Shown here: positions 10,013 to 22,060 of the stretch, piece after piece
How the letters are laid out: each line of letters begins with the position of its first letter
Position numbering within the stretch: the stretch's first letter is position 1
NCBI GenBank assembly: GCA_963718615.1
Contig: OY970368.1
Coordinates: 896,001 to 960,000 of the forward strand
DNA from: an uncultured cyanobacterium
Lineage (GTDB): Bacteria; Cyanobacteriota; Cyanobacteriia; PCC-9006; JAAUQQ01
DNA: 64,000 bases
Direction: 5' to 3'
Notes under the pieces: generated by a model
The model's database searches: none
The model's input: the letters and a program-made list of their open reading frames with translations, nothing else
What the model was told of the DNA's origin: nothing
Translations under genes and position numbers: made by a program

Positions 10013-11391
10013 ACCTGAGTAGTGGTTTGGACGGACGCCTCACTTTTTTGACGATCCGCCTGGGGGACTACCGTCCCATCGCTGGCTGGCCCTTGGGAGA
10101 GTTGATCCAAGCCTGTAATCAGACGAGCCCCGCGATTGCGAGTGAAGTAGCTCCAAGCCCACTGAATCATAACCACCAGCTTATTATCAAACTCGATCAG
10201 ATAGTAAATATGGGCAAACACCCAAACGAACCAAGCCAGCGGCCCTGCAAATTTGACAAACTTGAGATCTACTACTGCTTCATTCTGGCCAATCACGGCC
10301 ATACTGCCACGATCCACATAGCGGAAGGGTTCTAGTAGGGTGTTGCCTTGGATTCGCTGAAGAATTCGCTGGGCTACATAGCTACCGGCCTGCATGGCGA
10401 CGGGTGCAACACCGGGCAAGGGACGACCGTCCTGATGGGCAAAATGTGCTAGGTCACCCACTACAAAAATATCAGGATAGTTAGGGACCGTTAGATCCGA
10501 CTCCACCAGGACGCGACCGGAGCGATCGAGTTCTGCTTGGGTCCGTTCTGCCAACACTGCGCCCATGCGAGAGGCTTTGACGCCCGCTGCCCAGAGCGCC
10601 GTATGGGTGGGAATCACCTCGGTTGTTTCCCCTTGGCGAATCGTGACGCTTTGGCCATCAATGTGAGTCACCATACAGCCGGTCCGCACACTAACGCCCA
10701 GCCGTTCTAGGGAGGATTGGGCTTTTTGGGAGAGATCCGGTGCAAAGGGAGGCAGGACACGATCGAGCCCTTCAATCAGCAGGACTTGGGCTTCGGTGGT
10801 GTCGATATCGCGGAAATCTGCTCGCAGGGTATGGTTCGCTAGCTCGGCGATCGCCCCCGCCAATTCCACCCCCGTCGGGCCGCCGCCCACAATCACAAAG
10901 GTCAGCAATGCCCTCCGCTTTTCCGGGTCGGTTTCTTTCTCTGCCGCCTCAAAAGCCGAGAAAATCCGCCGCCGCATCTGAATGGCGTCCTCAACGGTTT
11001 TGAGCCCCGGCGCGATCTCCTGCCACTGGTCGTTGCCAAAATAGTGATGGCTCACCCCCGTCGCCATAATGAGCGAATCGTAGGACAGGACACTGCCCTT
11101 AAGAATGACGGTTTTGCTGTCCGGGTCGAGGTCAATCACCTCATCGAGCAAAACCTTGGTGTTGCGATTGCGGCTCAAAATCCCACGCAGGGGGGAAGAG
11201 ATATCGGCGGGGGATACGGTTCCTGTGGCCACCTGATAGAGCAGGGGCTGGAAGAGGTGGAAATTGCGTTTGTCGATCAGCGTGACCTGGACAGGCGATT
11301 GCCCCAGGGACTTCGCTGCATAGAGGCCACCAAAACCTCCGCCCACAACGACAACATGATGAGGGGTTTGAGACTGAGCAGTGTGTGGCAT
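10009..11391 (-). CDS. Type II NADH dehydrogenase (NDH-2)
   Basis: GGGFGG and VGGGPTGVELAG nucleotide-binding motifs, FQPLLYQVATG, WAAGV. Confidence 0.93.
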   Translation of the reverse strand: MPHTAQSQTPHHVVVVGGGFGGLYAAKSLGQSPVQVTLIDKRNFHLFQPLLYQVATGTVSPADISSPLRGILSRNRNTKVLLDEVIDLDPDSKTVILKGSVLSYDSLIMATGVSHHYFGNDQWQEIAPGLKTVEDAIQMRRRIFSAFEAAEKETDPEKRRALLTFVIVGGGPTGVELAGAIAELANHTLRADFRDIDTTEAQVLLIEGLDRVLPPFAPDLSQKAQSSLERLGVSVRTGCMVTHIDGQSVTIRQGETTEVIPTHTALWAAGVKASRMGAVLAERTQAELDRSGRVLVESDLTVPNYPDIFVVGDLAHFAHQDGRPLPGVAPVAMQAGSYVAQRILQRIQGNTLLEPFRYVDRGSMAVIGQNEAVVDLKFVKFAGPLAWFVWVFAHIYYLIEFDNKLVVMIQWAWSYFTRNRGARLITGLDQLSQGPASDGTVVPQADRQKSEASVQTTTQV

Positions 11392-11756
11392 GGGCTATGA
11401 CCGTTCCTTAGCAACAGCGACGGCAAATTCGGCAATTTACGTAAATAACTCCGAGATAACTTCAAGGTCGGAATTGCATTGCATCCGACAAGCTGCTGAA
11501 CGTTGTGCTTAATAATATTTCACATTGTTACAGACTTGGCGAGGGCAGGCGCTATCAAACGTTACCGTTTCTCAAGATCCCAAGCGTCAGCGAACCGCGC
11601 TTGCTCCCTACTACAGGAAAGTTCCCCTCCGATCCGTAATTCTTCTTTAAGAAACTTTGAGCCTTTGGCTCTGCCCCTGTCATTTCCCGATCTCCCGCAA
11701 TTGGCAAAAGCGCCCTTAGAATGGAAAATTAGACAGGCTGTCTAACATTTCAGGAT

Positions 11757-12173
11757 ATGAACCCTATGAAGCTGGTAATGACGCTGGTAAACAAAATTTT
11801 GAAGCGGGTCGCGCTGATTATTCCTGCTCTTCTGTTGATCCTGGGGCCGATCTTTGTATCCGCCGTCCCGGCAGCAGCGGCTGACACCACCGTCAAGATG
11901 GGCGCAGACAATGGCATGCTCGCATTTGTTCCCAACAAAGTGGAAATTAGCGCTGGAGACTCGGTAACCTGGGTGAACAATAAGTTGGCTCCCCACAACG
12001 TCGTGTTTGAAAAAGCTCCTGCGGGCGCTGATGCCGCCTCCTTTAACCACAAGCAACTGGCCTTCTCGCCGGGCGAATCGTTCTCTGCAACTTTTGATAC
12101 TCCGGGAGAATACACCTACTACTGTGAACCTCACCGGGGTGCAGGGATGGTTGGGAGCATCGTGGTCAAATAG
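11757..12173 (+). CDS. petE: Plastocyanin precursor
   Basis: Signal peptide, [33 protein letters not shown] copper ligands. Confidence 0.97.
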   Translation: MNPMKLVMTLVNKILKRVALIIPALLLILGPIFVSAVPAAAADTTVKMGADNGMLAFVPNKVEISAGDSVTWVNNKLAPHNVVFEKAPAGADAASFNHKQLAFSPGESFSATFDTPGEYTYYCEPHRGAGMVGSIVVK

Positions 12174-12334
12174 AAAAGGTCAAATAGAGAAAGGGTTGAA
12201 TAATCATTCTTTGCCTTGCCGTTGACTCAGTGAGTAATGTTTGGAATTGAGCGGAGCAGTGGCCTTTGGGTTGCTGCTCTTTTTGTTGAGGGCATTTTGT
12301 GTAGAATAGGACGGTCGTTTTCCCCCGCCAGACC

Positions 12335-13630
<1,296 letters not shown>

Positions 13631-13640
13631 CGTTCACTGT

Positions 13641-13664
13641 CAGGGTGGGCATTGCCCCACCCTG
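13641..13664. repeat. REP-like hairpin, probably a terminator between convergent genes
   Basis: CAGGGTGGGCATTGCCCCACCCTG, close to the common cyanobacterial GTAGGGTGGGCATTGCCCACCCTAC palindrome. Confidence 0.6.
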
Positions 13665-13673
13665 TAGATAGAC

Positions 13674-14828
13674 CTAATGTGAACAGGACGCTTCGGGTCC
13701 TTGATCCACAATTGCACCCCCTAAGTCTTGACAAGCCTGAGTCCAAGCATCCCAGGTTCCCTGCCCCTGATTTCGATAGTCTTGATAAAGCGACTCGACC
13801 TGTTGATTAAAATTCCCACTGGCTGCTGCCGCTGGTGCTGGAGCCGCACTAGGCACGCTGGCCAGCGGTGCAGGGGCACTATAGCTAGGAGGCGGCGTAG
13901 CTGCTTCTTCTCCATAGGCTGGAGCCTGAGGGGCTAAGCTACTTGCGGCTTCCCCTGCATAGGGTGCTGCGTAGGAACCCGACGAGGCCGCTGCGATCGC
14001 CCGCTGTCGATCGGCAGCCACTTCGGCTTCATATTGCTCCACGGCTGCAATGCCGTCATTGGCTTGTTTCAGCAGCGGCTTGGATTGGTCTTGCCAAAAC
14101 TTAACGGCTGCCACCTTCTCCAAGGTATTCTTGGCGGCTAACCACTGCCCCCGATTTAGCAGGGCTTTCGCCTCTTTCACAGCGGCTTCGCTTTTCTGCC
14201 AATCCGTCTGCCAAGTTTTGATGCGGGTCTCAACCTCAGCAGCTTGGGGGGCTTCCGCCGATAGGGTGCGGAGCATGGCGATCGCTTCCGCCAATTTTCC
14301 CGACTGAAACAAAGCTTCCCCTTGCTGGGTCACTTGGTTCGACCAATCTTGGATCAAGGGCTGCGCTTCCTCACGGGCCGTTTGATTTGTATTGGGGATC
14401 GCTACCGCCGTTGCGATCGCCGCCAACCAATCCTCTTCCGCTGCTAATTGCTTTGCTTTACCCAACCGACATTGCTCCGCCAAGGACTGAGTTGCCGTGA
14501 AATAGCGAGATTTGGGTGAGACTGTATCGCTTTGCTGCAGACAGCGATCGAAATCTTCTGCTTTTGCTAAAGCCTGAATGGTTGACCATTCCGCCTGTTC
14601 TCTGCGATATTTTTGCAGCCCCAAATAGCCATAGGTTAACGCTGCCGTCACACCAACGGTCACGAGCCCACTTCCGAGGAGAATGGTGACCCTGCGCCAG
14701 GTAGGACTTGTTAGTTGCTCAGACTGTAGACTCATCCAGCCACCCTTCAAAAATCGTTTTGATGATTTTGCGCTTGATCCCGATTGGCTCTTCTCTCGCC
14801 TGGAAACAGGTTTTCTGCTTCGCAGCAT
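13674..14828 (-). CDS. Membrane-anchored helical (TPR-like) hypothetical protein
   Basis: One N-terminal TM helix, Ala/Gln-rich helical repeats, Pro/Ala linker, small C-terminal domain with two Cys. Confidence 0.7.
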   Translation of the reverse strand: MLRSRKPVSRREKSQSGSSAKSSKRFLKGGWMSLQSEQLTSPTWRRVTILLGSGLVTVGVTAALTYGYLGLQKYRREQAEWSTIQALAKAEDFDRCLQQSDTVSPKSRYFTATQSLAEQCRLGKAKQLAAEEDWLAAIATAVAIPNTNQTAREEAQPLIQDWSNQVTQQGEALFQSGKLAEAIAMLRTLSAEAPQAAEVETRIKTWQTDWQKSEAAVKEAKALLNRGQWLAAKNTLEKVAAVKFWQDQSKPLLKQANDGIAAVEQYEAEVAADRQRAIAAASSGSYAAPYAGEAASSLAPQAPAYGEEAATPPPSYSAPAPLASVPSAAPAPAAAASGNFNQQVESLYQDYRNQGQGTWDAWTQACQDLGGAIVDQGPEASCSH

Positions 14829-15350
14829 ACGTTATAAGTCCTAAACCGATGCAGAATTGAAGGCGATCGGTAGACCTTCAGTTCCCCAATCTCTTGACGG
14901 AGTTCAAGGAGCTAAAGTTTCTTCTGTTTGATCTGTTTGAATAGATATCCCTTGACTCATCTAAGACTTGACTGCCCCGGCCAGTATTAGGGAATTCCCT
15001 GAATTACTGGGGTTAACAGCAGTCAAAAAACAGATGGTGCGGATGATTCCACTGGCAATCCAGATTGAACCGAACACCGCTACTCGCTGTACGATCGACC
15101 GCCCCTAGTCCTGGCCTAAGTCATCTGCAAACTAGCGGAAACCTGTGTGCTAAAACTTGGGGTTTGTATCGGTGGTCTCGGACATCTTAGCTGTTCATAG
15201 GTTAGCGCGGATTTCTGGTGCTTCGAGTGGCGAAGCATATATTTACATACAGATCGCATACAAAGATACAAATCCTTGGCGATCGCCCCAGAAATTCCCC
15301 CTTCCAGAGGCAGACAGACCGTCGCCAATCGCTCTGGGATGTCGAGTAAG

Positions 15351-16643
15351 TTAGGCAATTTCGCGTAACCACACGGACTGGGCGGGTATTTGTTTGAGCA
15401 GCAGTTTTCCCTTGGCGATGACATGGGTCACAGGGGAGCGATTTTGTAAGATTTCGTGAATATTTCTTCCTGCAAGAACAATTAAATTAGCGGGCATACC
15501 AATTCCCAAACCATAATCAGCCACCCCTAGGGTCCGAGCTCCGTGGGTTGTGACCATGTGATAACAGGCCTGCATTTCATCGAGACCCGTCATCTGGCAG
15601 ACATGGATCGCCATGTGGGCGACGTCGAGCATATTGCCTGTCCCTAAGGAATACCAGGGATCTTGGATACAGTCATAGCCAAGACTCACGTTCAGCCCCT
15701 GCTGCCAGAGTTCTTTCACCCGCGTGATCCCCCGGCGTTTGGGGTAGGTGTCGGAGCGGCCCTGGAGCGTGATGTTGATGAGGGGATTGGCGATGAAGTT
15801 GATGCGCGATCGCCTCAGCAATCCCATTAGTTTCAATGCATAGGCATTGTCATAGGAGGCAAAAGCAGTGGTGTGGCTGGCGGTGACGCGGGGACCTAAG
15901 CCCGTGCGACAGGCGCAGGCGGCGACCACCTCTAGGAAACGAGACTGGGGATCATCGATTTCGTCGCAGTGGATGTCGATGGGGCGATCGTATTGTTCTG
16001 CCAACTCAAAAATTCGGTGAACCGATCGTACACCGTCTTCCCGTGTCATTTCATAGTGAGGAATGCCACCCACAACATCAGCCCCGAGGTTGAGTGCTTC
16101 CTCCAAGAGGGATTCATTTTGGGGATCACCGTAGAGCCCGTCCTGGGGAAACGCGACGATTTGCAGGGTCATCCAATCTTTGACGCGATCGCGCAAATCC
16201 AGCAGCGCCTTGAGCGCTGTCAGACTTGGCTCGCTCACATCAGCGTGGCTGCGCACGAACAAAACACCGTGGCTGGCTTGGCGTTTGAGGGCTGCCAAGG
16301 CGCGATGCTGGACATCTTCATAGGTCAGCGATCCCTTACGCTCGGCCCAAATCTGAATGCCTTCAAACAACGTTCCGCTTTGGTTCCAGCGAGGATCGCC
16401 AGCGGTGAGGGCAGAGTCGAGATGAATGTGGGACTCGACAAAGGGAGGGCTAACAAACTGCTCCCTAGCGTCAATTTCCTCGGGGGCGCTGCCGGGGAGG
16501 GTGGGGGCGATCGCCACAATTTTGCCCTCGCGAATGCCAATGTCCTGAGGCCCCTGCCCATGCTGACCCTCAATGTTCAGCAGATGCCCCTGACGGAGGA
16601 TAAGGTCGTAGCGATCGCCCCTCTGTTCCATGCTCTGTTCCAT
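15351..16643 (-). CDS. codA: Cytosine deaminase
   Basis: PPFVESHIHLD, WNQSGTLFEGI, DIHCDEIDDPQSRF, ASHTTA, DPWYSLG. Confidence 0.95.
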   Translation of the reverse strand: MEQSMEQRGDRYDLILRQGHLLNIEGQHGQGPQDIGIREGKIVAIAPTLPGSAPEEIDAREQFVSPPFVESHIHLDSALTAGDPRWNQSGTLFEGIQIWAERKGSLTYEDVQHRALAALKRQASHGVLFVRSHADVSEPSLTALKALLDLRDRVKDWMTLQIVAFPQDGLYGDPQNESLLEEALNLGADVVGGIPHYEMTREDGVRSVHRIFELAEQYDRPIDIHCDEIDDPQSRFLEVVAACACRTGLGPRVTASHTTAFASYDNAYALKLMGLLRRSRINFIANPLINITLQGRSDTYPKRRGITRVKELWQQGLNVSLGYDCIQDPWYSLGTGNMLDVAHMAIHVCQMTGLDEMQACYHMVTTHGARTLGVADYGLGIGMPANLIVLAGRNIHEILQNRSPVTHVIAKGKLLLKQIPAQSVWLREIA

Positions 16644-16702
16644 GGTCCGAATCCTCGCTGCACAATTGTATTAATTTAGATCAAGCGTCTCAATTCAGGA
16701 TT

Positions 16703-17041
16703 TCAGTCCTCGACCGCTTCTTCCCCGTCTAGTTCTGGATCAAAGCTAGGAATCCAAGTCGCAACGGTGCGAAGCACCTCTGGCGCTTCGGCTCCATCCA
16801 AAAACTCTAGCTGGGTTTCCCGCAGCCCTAAATAGCCCGATCCGAGAAAGGACGTTAGCATCCGCTGGAGCGCAAACCAGACTTCGGACTCAAACTCCCA
16901 GGGCTTGTCGTAGGGCGATCGCGCCGAAATCGATCGCAAGGCCCAAAAATAGCTGTTGCGCACCACGGAACCCTTTTTTTTATAGAACGGCACATCATCC
17001 GCGTGCAGATACAAAACCTCATTGTCTATCCAGGCTCTCAC
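16703..17041 (-). CDS. Conserved cyanobacterial hypothetical protein
   Basis: SVVRNSYFWALRSI..WFALQRML..SGYLGLRETQLEF; protein-like composition. Confidence 0.7.
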   Translation of the reverse strand: MRAWIDNEVLYLHADDVPFYKKKGSVVRNSYFWALRSISARSPYDKPWEFESEVWFALQRMLTSFLGSGYLGLRETQLEFLDGAEAPEVLRTVATWIPSFDPELDGEEAVED

Positions 17042-17160
17042 AGGTTTGGCTCCGGGGGAAATGCTAGGCTAACCATCTTCTTTACCCTAGCGAAGATTGC
17101 AGCCTTCGTTGCCCAAAGATTGCCCCAAAAATTGCTCCAAAAATTTCCCTAACAATTGCC

Positions 17161-17532
17161 ATGAAATACGTTGACCTCCAGCAATTACCCCAGGAACCCG
17201 TTTCCCATAACCCAGAAATCCAGAAACAAGTGATGCTGCGGGCAGGCGATCTCCCCCACCTCACCAACTTTTCCCAAGCTCGTTTTTCCCCCGGTCAAGT
17301 GGCCATAGCCCATCGCCATCTAGATATGGCTGAAGTCTTTTTTGTTGAGGCGGGTCAGGGTGAAATTCGAGTTGAACAAACGGTGTATTCCCTATCTCCC
17401 GGCGTCTGCGTTGCGGTGGAACCGGGGGAGGAGCACGAAGTCACGAATACCAGCGGAGAATTCTTGGTTTTGACCTATTTAGGTCTGCGAGTACCGGAAG
17501 CCTTGGTCACGCAGCTTAAGAATAATCAATAG
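17161..17532 (+). CDS. Cupin domain protein
   Basis: AHRHLDMAEVFFV..GQG..VEPGEEHEVTN cupin motifs. Confidence 0.9.
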   Translation: MKYVDLQQLPQEPVSHNPEIQKQVMLRAGDLPHLTNFSQARFSPGQVAIAHRHLDMAEVFFVEAGQGEIRVEQTVYSLSPGVCVAVEPGEEHEVTNTSGEFLVLTYLGLRVPEALVTQLKNNQ

Positions 17533-18017
17533 TTTTTGGCTTTTGTCAAGGGCAGAGAGTCGGCTTTTAATATGTCAAAAGATTACGGAAGTTGTAGGGC
17601 GATCGCAATTTTGGGGTCATTGTCCTGACTAAGCCTCATGGCCCTTGAAATGCAAGATAGATTCAAAAGCAATCTTAGCCAGTTCAGCCAATTGGCTGTT
17701 GCTTCGATGTCAAGCGTACCAAACGAAAAGGCCGACTAAAACCGCATCCCTGACCGTATTCCTGAGCATAGGCCTAAGATTTCGCAAGCAAATTATGCTT
17801 TATTTGTATAATTTGATTCATTCAAAAGGATGCATTTACTTAGGGTTTCTGCTACAGTCCTTAAAGGTCATCAAAATCGATGGCACCAGAGTCAGAGAAA
17901 GGTTTTTGCAAGCAGTCCTCGTTAGTTCCGCTTTTTCTTAAGCATCTTGCCCCTTCGTCAAGAAGCCAGATGCCTACGCTTCAACGAGCCAATTGCGATC
18001 ATTTTTGATAGAGGTTT

Positions 18018-18782
18018 GTGATGAATTTGACCAAGCGCTGCGTCGCAGAATTGATGGGAACCTGTTGGTTGGTTTTGGGGGGATGTGGGAGCGCCGTGTT
18101 GGCTGCCAATTTCCCCGTGGACAATGAGTACAATGCCCTAGGAATTGGTTTGGTCGGAGTTTCCTTGGCCTTTGGATTAACGGTTTTGACCATGGCCTAC
18201 GCGATCGGCCATATTTCTGGCTGTCACCTCAACCCAGCTGTATCCTTTGGTCTATGGGCAGGGAAGCGCTTCCCCGGTTCGGAGTTACTCCCTTACATTG
18301 GATCTCAGGTTGCTGGCGCAATTTTGGGTGGTGGCATTGTTTATCTGATCGCTAGTGGGCGTCCTGGATTTGAACTGTCCGGCTCTAATCCCTTGGCAAC
18401 CAATGGTTTTGGAGCACATTCACCCGGCGGCTATGGTTTAATGGCTTGTCTGCTGACGGAAGTCGTGCTGACCTTCGTATTCTTGATGGTGATTTTGGGC
18501 TCAACCGATCGCCGTGCGCCCAAGGGTATGGCTCCGCTGGCCATTGGCTTCTGCCTGACGCTGATTCACCTGATTAGCATTCCGGTAACTAATACCTCCG
18601 TTAACCCAGCCCGCAGCACGGGAGTTGCGCTCTTTGCCGGGGCTGAGTTGTTTAGCCAAGTGTGGCTTTTCTGGTTCGCTCCGATTGTGGGGGCCGTCCT
18701 AGCAGGTATGGCCTATCTGGCACTCTTTGAGGATGCACCTGAGGTGATGGCACGCGATCGCGAAGAAATACCCGCATCCTAA
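18018..18782 (+). CDS. aqpZ: Aquaporin Z
   Basis: [11 protein letters not shown] and [13 protein letters not shown] motifs. Confidence 0.97.
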   Translation: MMNLTKRCVAELMGTCWLVLGGCGSAVLAANFPVDNEYNALGIGLVGVSLAFGLTVLTMAYAIGHISGCHLNPAVSFGLWAGKRFPGSELLPYIGSQVAGAILGGGIVYLIASGRPGFELSGSNPLATNGFGAHSPGGYGLMACLLTEVVLTFVFLMVILGSTDRRAPKGMAPLAIGFCLTLIHLISIPVTNTSVNPARSTGVALFAGAELFSQVWLFWFAPIVGAVLAGMAYLALFEDAPEVMARDREEIPAS

Positions 18783-19402
18783 TCCCACCCAGCGGCAAGA
18801 AACCCAACAGGCCCCGGCACTCGCCCAAGCTTGTTGGGTTCTTGTGCTGTGATCAGCCACTGATTGCCATAACGTTTCAGGTACCCCTGCTGCTGTAGAT
18901 GCTGAAGTAAGCGCGTTACGGTCACGCGGGTTGAACCAATCAGTTCGGCCAACTCTTGATGGGTCAGGCGTAGGGGCAAAAGCCAACCTTGGGTGGTCGA
19001 ACGGCCAAATCGTTGTGCCAACCACTGAAAAGCAACCCAAAGACGAGTTTCGGTACAACGAATCTGATAGATTTGCAAAAATTCTTCGAGTTTTTGCATC
19101 CGGGCAATCACACAGGCCAGCGGATAGTCGCCTGTAATGCAGTGAAAGCAAGCCTGAACAGGGCTCAAACAATCTAATTGGGCAGGATCGGTGGTGAGCA
19201 AAGCCGGCACAATTTGTTCTCCAGGTCCCCAAATTCCAAGAGTATTGACTACGCCATCTTCATCCCAGGTAATCAACCGAATAAAGCCTGTTTCTAATTG
19301 CCAAAGCCCCTCTACGTTTAAGGGCAGTTGTTCTTTGCGCCTCAGTTTCAGAACAGCCGGTGATGTTAGCGGAGGATGATGGAGAAGTAAAGATGAAACC
19401 AT
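18779..19402 (-). CDS. Crp/Fnr family transcriptional regulator (short, CysR-like)
   Basis: [24 protein letters not shown]; ATG 19402 preferred over 19498. Confidence 0.88.
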   Translation of the reverse strand: MVSSLLLHHPPLTSPAVLKLRRKEQLPLNVEGLWQLETGFIRLITWDEDGVVNTLGIWGPGEQIVPALLTTDPAQLDCLSPVQACFHCITGDYPLACVIARMQKLEEFLQIYQIRCTETRLWVAFQWLAQRFGRSTTQGWLLPLRLTHQELAELIGSTRVTVTRLLQHLQQQGYLKRYGNQWLITAQEPNKLGRVPGPVGFLAAGWD

Positions 19403-19475
19403 GGCAAAGAAGCGTTGAGCTAAGGTCGGGATAAATTTTAGAGTCAACGGGATTGAAGGTTCAGCAGGGAGAGAT

Positions 19476-20213
19476 TCAAAGGTGTGATGTGCTGGCAAAG
19501 GACTCTAGCTCCATCGCAGTCTGCCCCAAGCCAGCCCAAAATTTGGAGATTTCTCGACTGACAAGAGCTGCCTGAAAAAAATGGAAAAAATGTCCACCTT
19601 CTGGACAAAGCCAGAGACGATCGCTTGCCGCTAACCAGGTTTGCCAAGCTTTTAATAAGGGAGGATGCACAACCCCATCATCGGCAGCTCCACAAATTAA
19701 AAGCGGAACCTCAACGCCACCGACAGGTAAGGATTCAACTTGAACCAGGGAGTGGAGGAGGGGCGATCGCACTAAATCTTTTTGTAAGACGTTGACTAGA
19801 TCAGCGGCTGGATAAGGACGTTTGCCTTTGAATAATTGCTGGGCCATTTGCGCCAGGATACAAGCTTGGGAACAGGGTAAGAGGTGACGTTGGACGTAAT
19901 AGTGAGCGTGCCAAGTGACAGCCGGTTGCTCTGCGACAGCGAGGAGGGTAAGCGATCGCACTCGCTCAGGATAACGGCGGGCATAGAGCAAAGCTAGGGT
20001 TCCGCTAAGGCCGTGACCCAGCAGGTGAATCGGTTGGCCTCTGGACTTGAGATAGTCGTGGAGAAGCGTCATAGCAATTTCCAGGGAACAGGGCTCATCC
20101 GGTTCATGGTTGTATTGCCACTTGGCGATCGCGATGCGTTTAGCTAGTTCGCGCAAAAGTGGGTGATCGAAGGTGGATAAGCTTGGACTAGCATTGAGCC
20201 AAAGTGCATTCAT
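19476..20213 (-). CDS. Alpha/beta hydrolase fold protein
   Basis: PIHLLGHGLSG elbow (nucleophile Ser replaced by Gly), GGHFFHF; typical of cyanobacterial iron-stress clusters. Confidence 0.85.
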   Translation of the reverse strand: MNALWLNASPSLSTFDHPLLRELAKRIAIAKWQYNHEPDEPCSLEIAMTLLHDYLKSRGQPIHLLGHGLSGTLALLYARRYPERVRSLTLLAVAEQPAVTWHAHYYVQRHLLPCSQACILAQMAQQLFKGKRPYPAADLVNVLQKDLVRSPLLHSLVQVESLPVGGVEVPLLICGAADDGVVHPPLLKAWQTWLAASDRLWLCPEGGHFFHFFQAALVSREISKFWAGLGQTAMELESFASTSHL

Positions 20214-20249
20214 CTAAATATCTATCTCCAAATGAAAAATTAGTTCTAA

Positions 20250-20293
20250 GAAAAAGCCTTTGGGAGAAGCCGGGTCTGTCTACTTCCCCCAAA
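20250..20293 (-). terminator. Intrinsic terminator or attenuator ending a candidate small RNA upstream of the hydrolase gene
   Basis: Minus strand CTTTGGGGGAAG..CTTCTCCCAAAG 12-bp stem followed by GCTTTTT; no CDS ends immediately upstream. Confidence 0.6.
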
Positions 20294-20372
20294 GCGCAGA
20301 GAGGAGAGTATCGATTGTGAATTAGTTCTCTAGACCAAACTCTTCGGAGAGCCGAATCGTTCCTTGGCTTTA

Positions 20373-20424
20373 TTGAGAATTAAAATCATTAGCTTGATGA
20401 AGACTAGTTTAGAATCTTTCTCAA
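20373..20424. promoter_or_regulatory. Two Fur-box-like sites
   Basis: TTGAGAATTAAAATCAT (20373) and TTTAGAATCTTTCTCAA (20408) resemble TTGAGAAT-N-ATTCTCAA. Confidence 0.55.
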
Positions 20425-20655
20425 GAAGAAGCTATTAAGTTTTATTTAAAACTGTTGTTTAAGCTACAAAAAGCTCTGAAAGTCTTTGTCTTGTAGGAAT
20501 TTTTAGTAATTTTCAAGTATTGAATAGACAGCAAAAAACCAAGATCAGAGATTCTGCCTTGGCCAAAAAGGAAGGTACATGAAAATTTTGTCATTAACTA
20601 ATGCTTGAGCATCCCTGTCCGCTTGAGAAAGTGGAGCCGAATTAGGGGACTGTGC

Positions 20656-21252
20656 TCACGTCGTCGATCCAATGCAGGCTAGGGTCTGGGGAAAATGCTT
20701 AGCTAAAATTTGGGGCAGATCATCGGGATTGACTTGTTGATATCGCATTCTGCCAATCACTAAATTAGGGCCTTTACTACATTGCTTAAGACATCCGGTT
20801 AGGTGCAGTTTGGCTCGATCTTGAAGATTTTGCTCCCTGAGTTCCGCCTCTAAGGCTTCACAAAGCGATCGCCCCCCTCGCTTGCGACAGGCTGATTTTT
20901 GACAGACCAAAATCTGGGTTTTAGGCCCTTGTTCTGGCAAAGGAAGTATCGTTTCTAAAGCAGACTCCAACGATTCTGGAACTGTATTGATTGCAGGTAA
21001 AAGCTGGTGAACTTTGAGTTTCAGCCGACCTTCTTTCCATTCTTGAGTCCCAGAAATCAAAACTTGGTCTCCCACGGTCAGTTGACCCTGCAAAGCAGCA
21101 CGGAGTAAATCATCCCGAGCGGTATTGTCCAGCTTTAACCAGTACGGCCCTTGGGAGGTTTCGAGCTGAATGCGCCGAATTTTATAACCTTTGAGCTCAT
21201 AGCCTAGAAATTTACCCAGTAGACTAAAGCTCATCTTTTGAGAACAGCTCAT
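20656..21252 (-). CDS. Thioredoxin-like (2Fe-2S) ferredoxin domain protein
   Basis: ILVCQKSACRKRGG..TGCLKQCSKGPNL Cys pattern. Confidence 0.88.
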   Translation of the reverse strand: MSCSQKMSFSLLGKFLGYELKGYKIRRIQLETSQGPYWLKLDNTARDDLLRAALQGQLTVGDQVLISGTQEWKEGRLKLKVHQLLPAINTVPESLESALETILPLPEQGPKTQILVCQKSACRKRGGRSLCEALEAELREQNLQDRAKLHLTGCLKQCSKGPNLVIGRMRYQQVNPDDLPQILAKHFPQTLACIGSTT

Positions 21253-21258
21253 GGCGAA

Positions 21259-21489
21259 TTACTTAGAAAGATGATGGCGATCGCGCTGCCAGGTCCATGA
21301 AACCCGCAGTACCCAAATCGAGAACAAGACTGAAACCCCCAGCAAAAGCCAATGATGCCAAATCGTGGGATTAAAGGCTGAGGACGGGTTCGGGGGTACT
21401 GAAACCTGAGCAATCACTGGCTGCTCAGTCATAACAGGCTGTGAAGTTGAAGTCGATTGTGAAATAAGTCGTGAAATCGGTTCTGTCAT
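21259..21489 (-). CDS. Small single-TM hypothetical protein
   Basis: GGAG RBS upstream, one hydrophobic helix, stop 6 nt before the ferredoxin-like gene. Confidence 0.5.
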   Translation of the reverse strand: MTEPISRLISQSTSTSQPVMTEQPVIAQVSVPPNPSSAFNPTIWHHWLLLGVSVLFSIWVLRVSWTWQRDRHHLSK

Positions 21490-21536
21490 AGCGCTGATCT
21501 ACCTGGAGATAAGGCTGCAAGATGCAGAAGACAACA

Positions 21537-21601
21537 TTGAAAGCTATTGTCGATAAGCCCGGCTGTAGGACAGCTTACGTTCATTTGAGAACTATTGTCA
21601 A
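21537..21601. promoter_or_regulatory. Tandem Fur-box-like operator pair
   Basis: TTGAAAGCTATTGTCGA (21537) and TTGAGAACTATTGTCAA (21585), 48 bp apart. Confidence 0.55.
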
Positions 21602-21642
21602 GTGAAAAATCAATCCTAGAGGCGTATCCTCAGCCTTAGGAA

Positions 21643-21721
21643 TCCTGTTTCAACAGGTTTAAGCGTTTAGCCTGGGGTTTGAACCCTAGGCAGTCATCGC
21701 AATCGGTGCAAGATCTCAGTT
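21643..21721. repeat. REP/MITE-like short dispersed element
   Basis: Two hairpins CCTGTTTCAACAGG and GCCTGGGGTTTGAACCCTAGGC followed by GGTGCAAGATCTCAGT; layout recalled from cyanobacterial dispersed repeats. Confidence 0.45.
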
Positions 21722-22060
21722 CAGGCTGATTGCCGATACTCGGATTCGGCCAAACTTGATCGTAGCCCGTTAGATTAATGATAAACCTTTGCGTTCCGGG
21801 ACTCTAAGCCCGAGAAAACGTACGAAAATATAAGCTTTTCAGGACTTCTCAAACAATCTGGTGACAAATGATGTCAATAAGGATATAGTGGTTTTCAGAA
21901 AGCTATTGGTTTAGATCTCAGGGAAACTCAGGTCATCCCTCAGGTTAATATTCGGATTAACGCCAATCGCCCTAACTTTTATCCCATTGGCATCTGCCAG
22001 CAGTGTGAAGGTTAAGGCGATCGCAGGCTATTAGGGCAATTCAGGTCGTCACGCAAAGAC

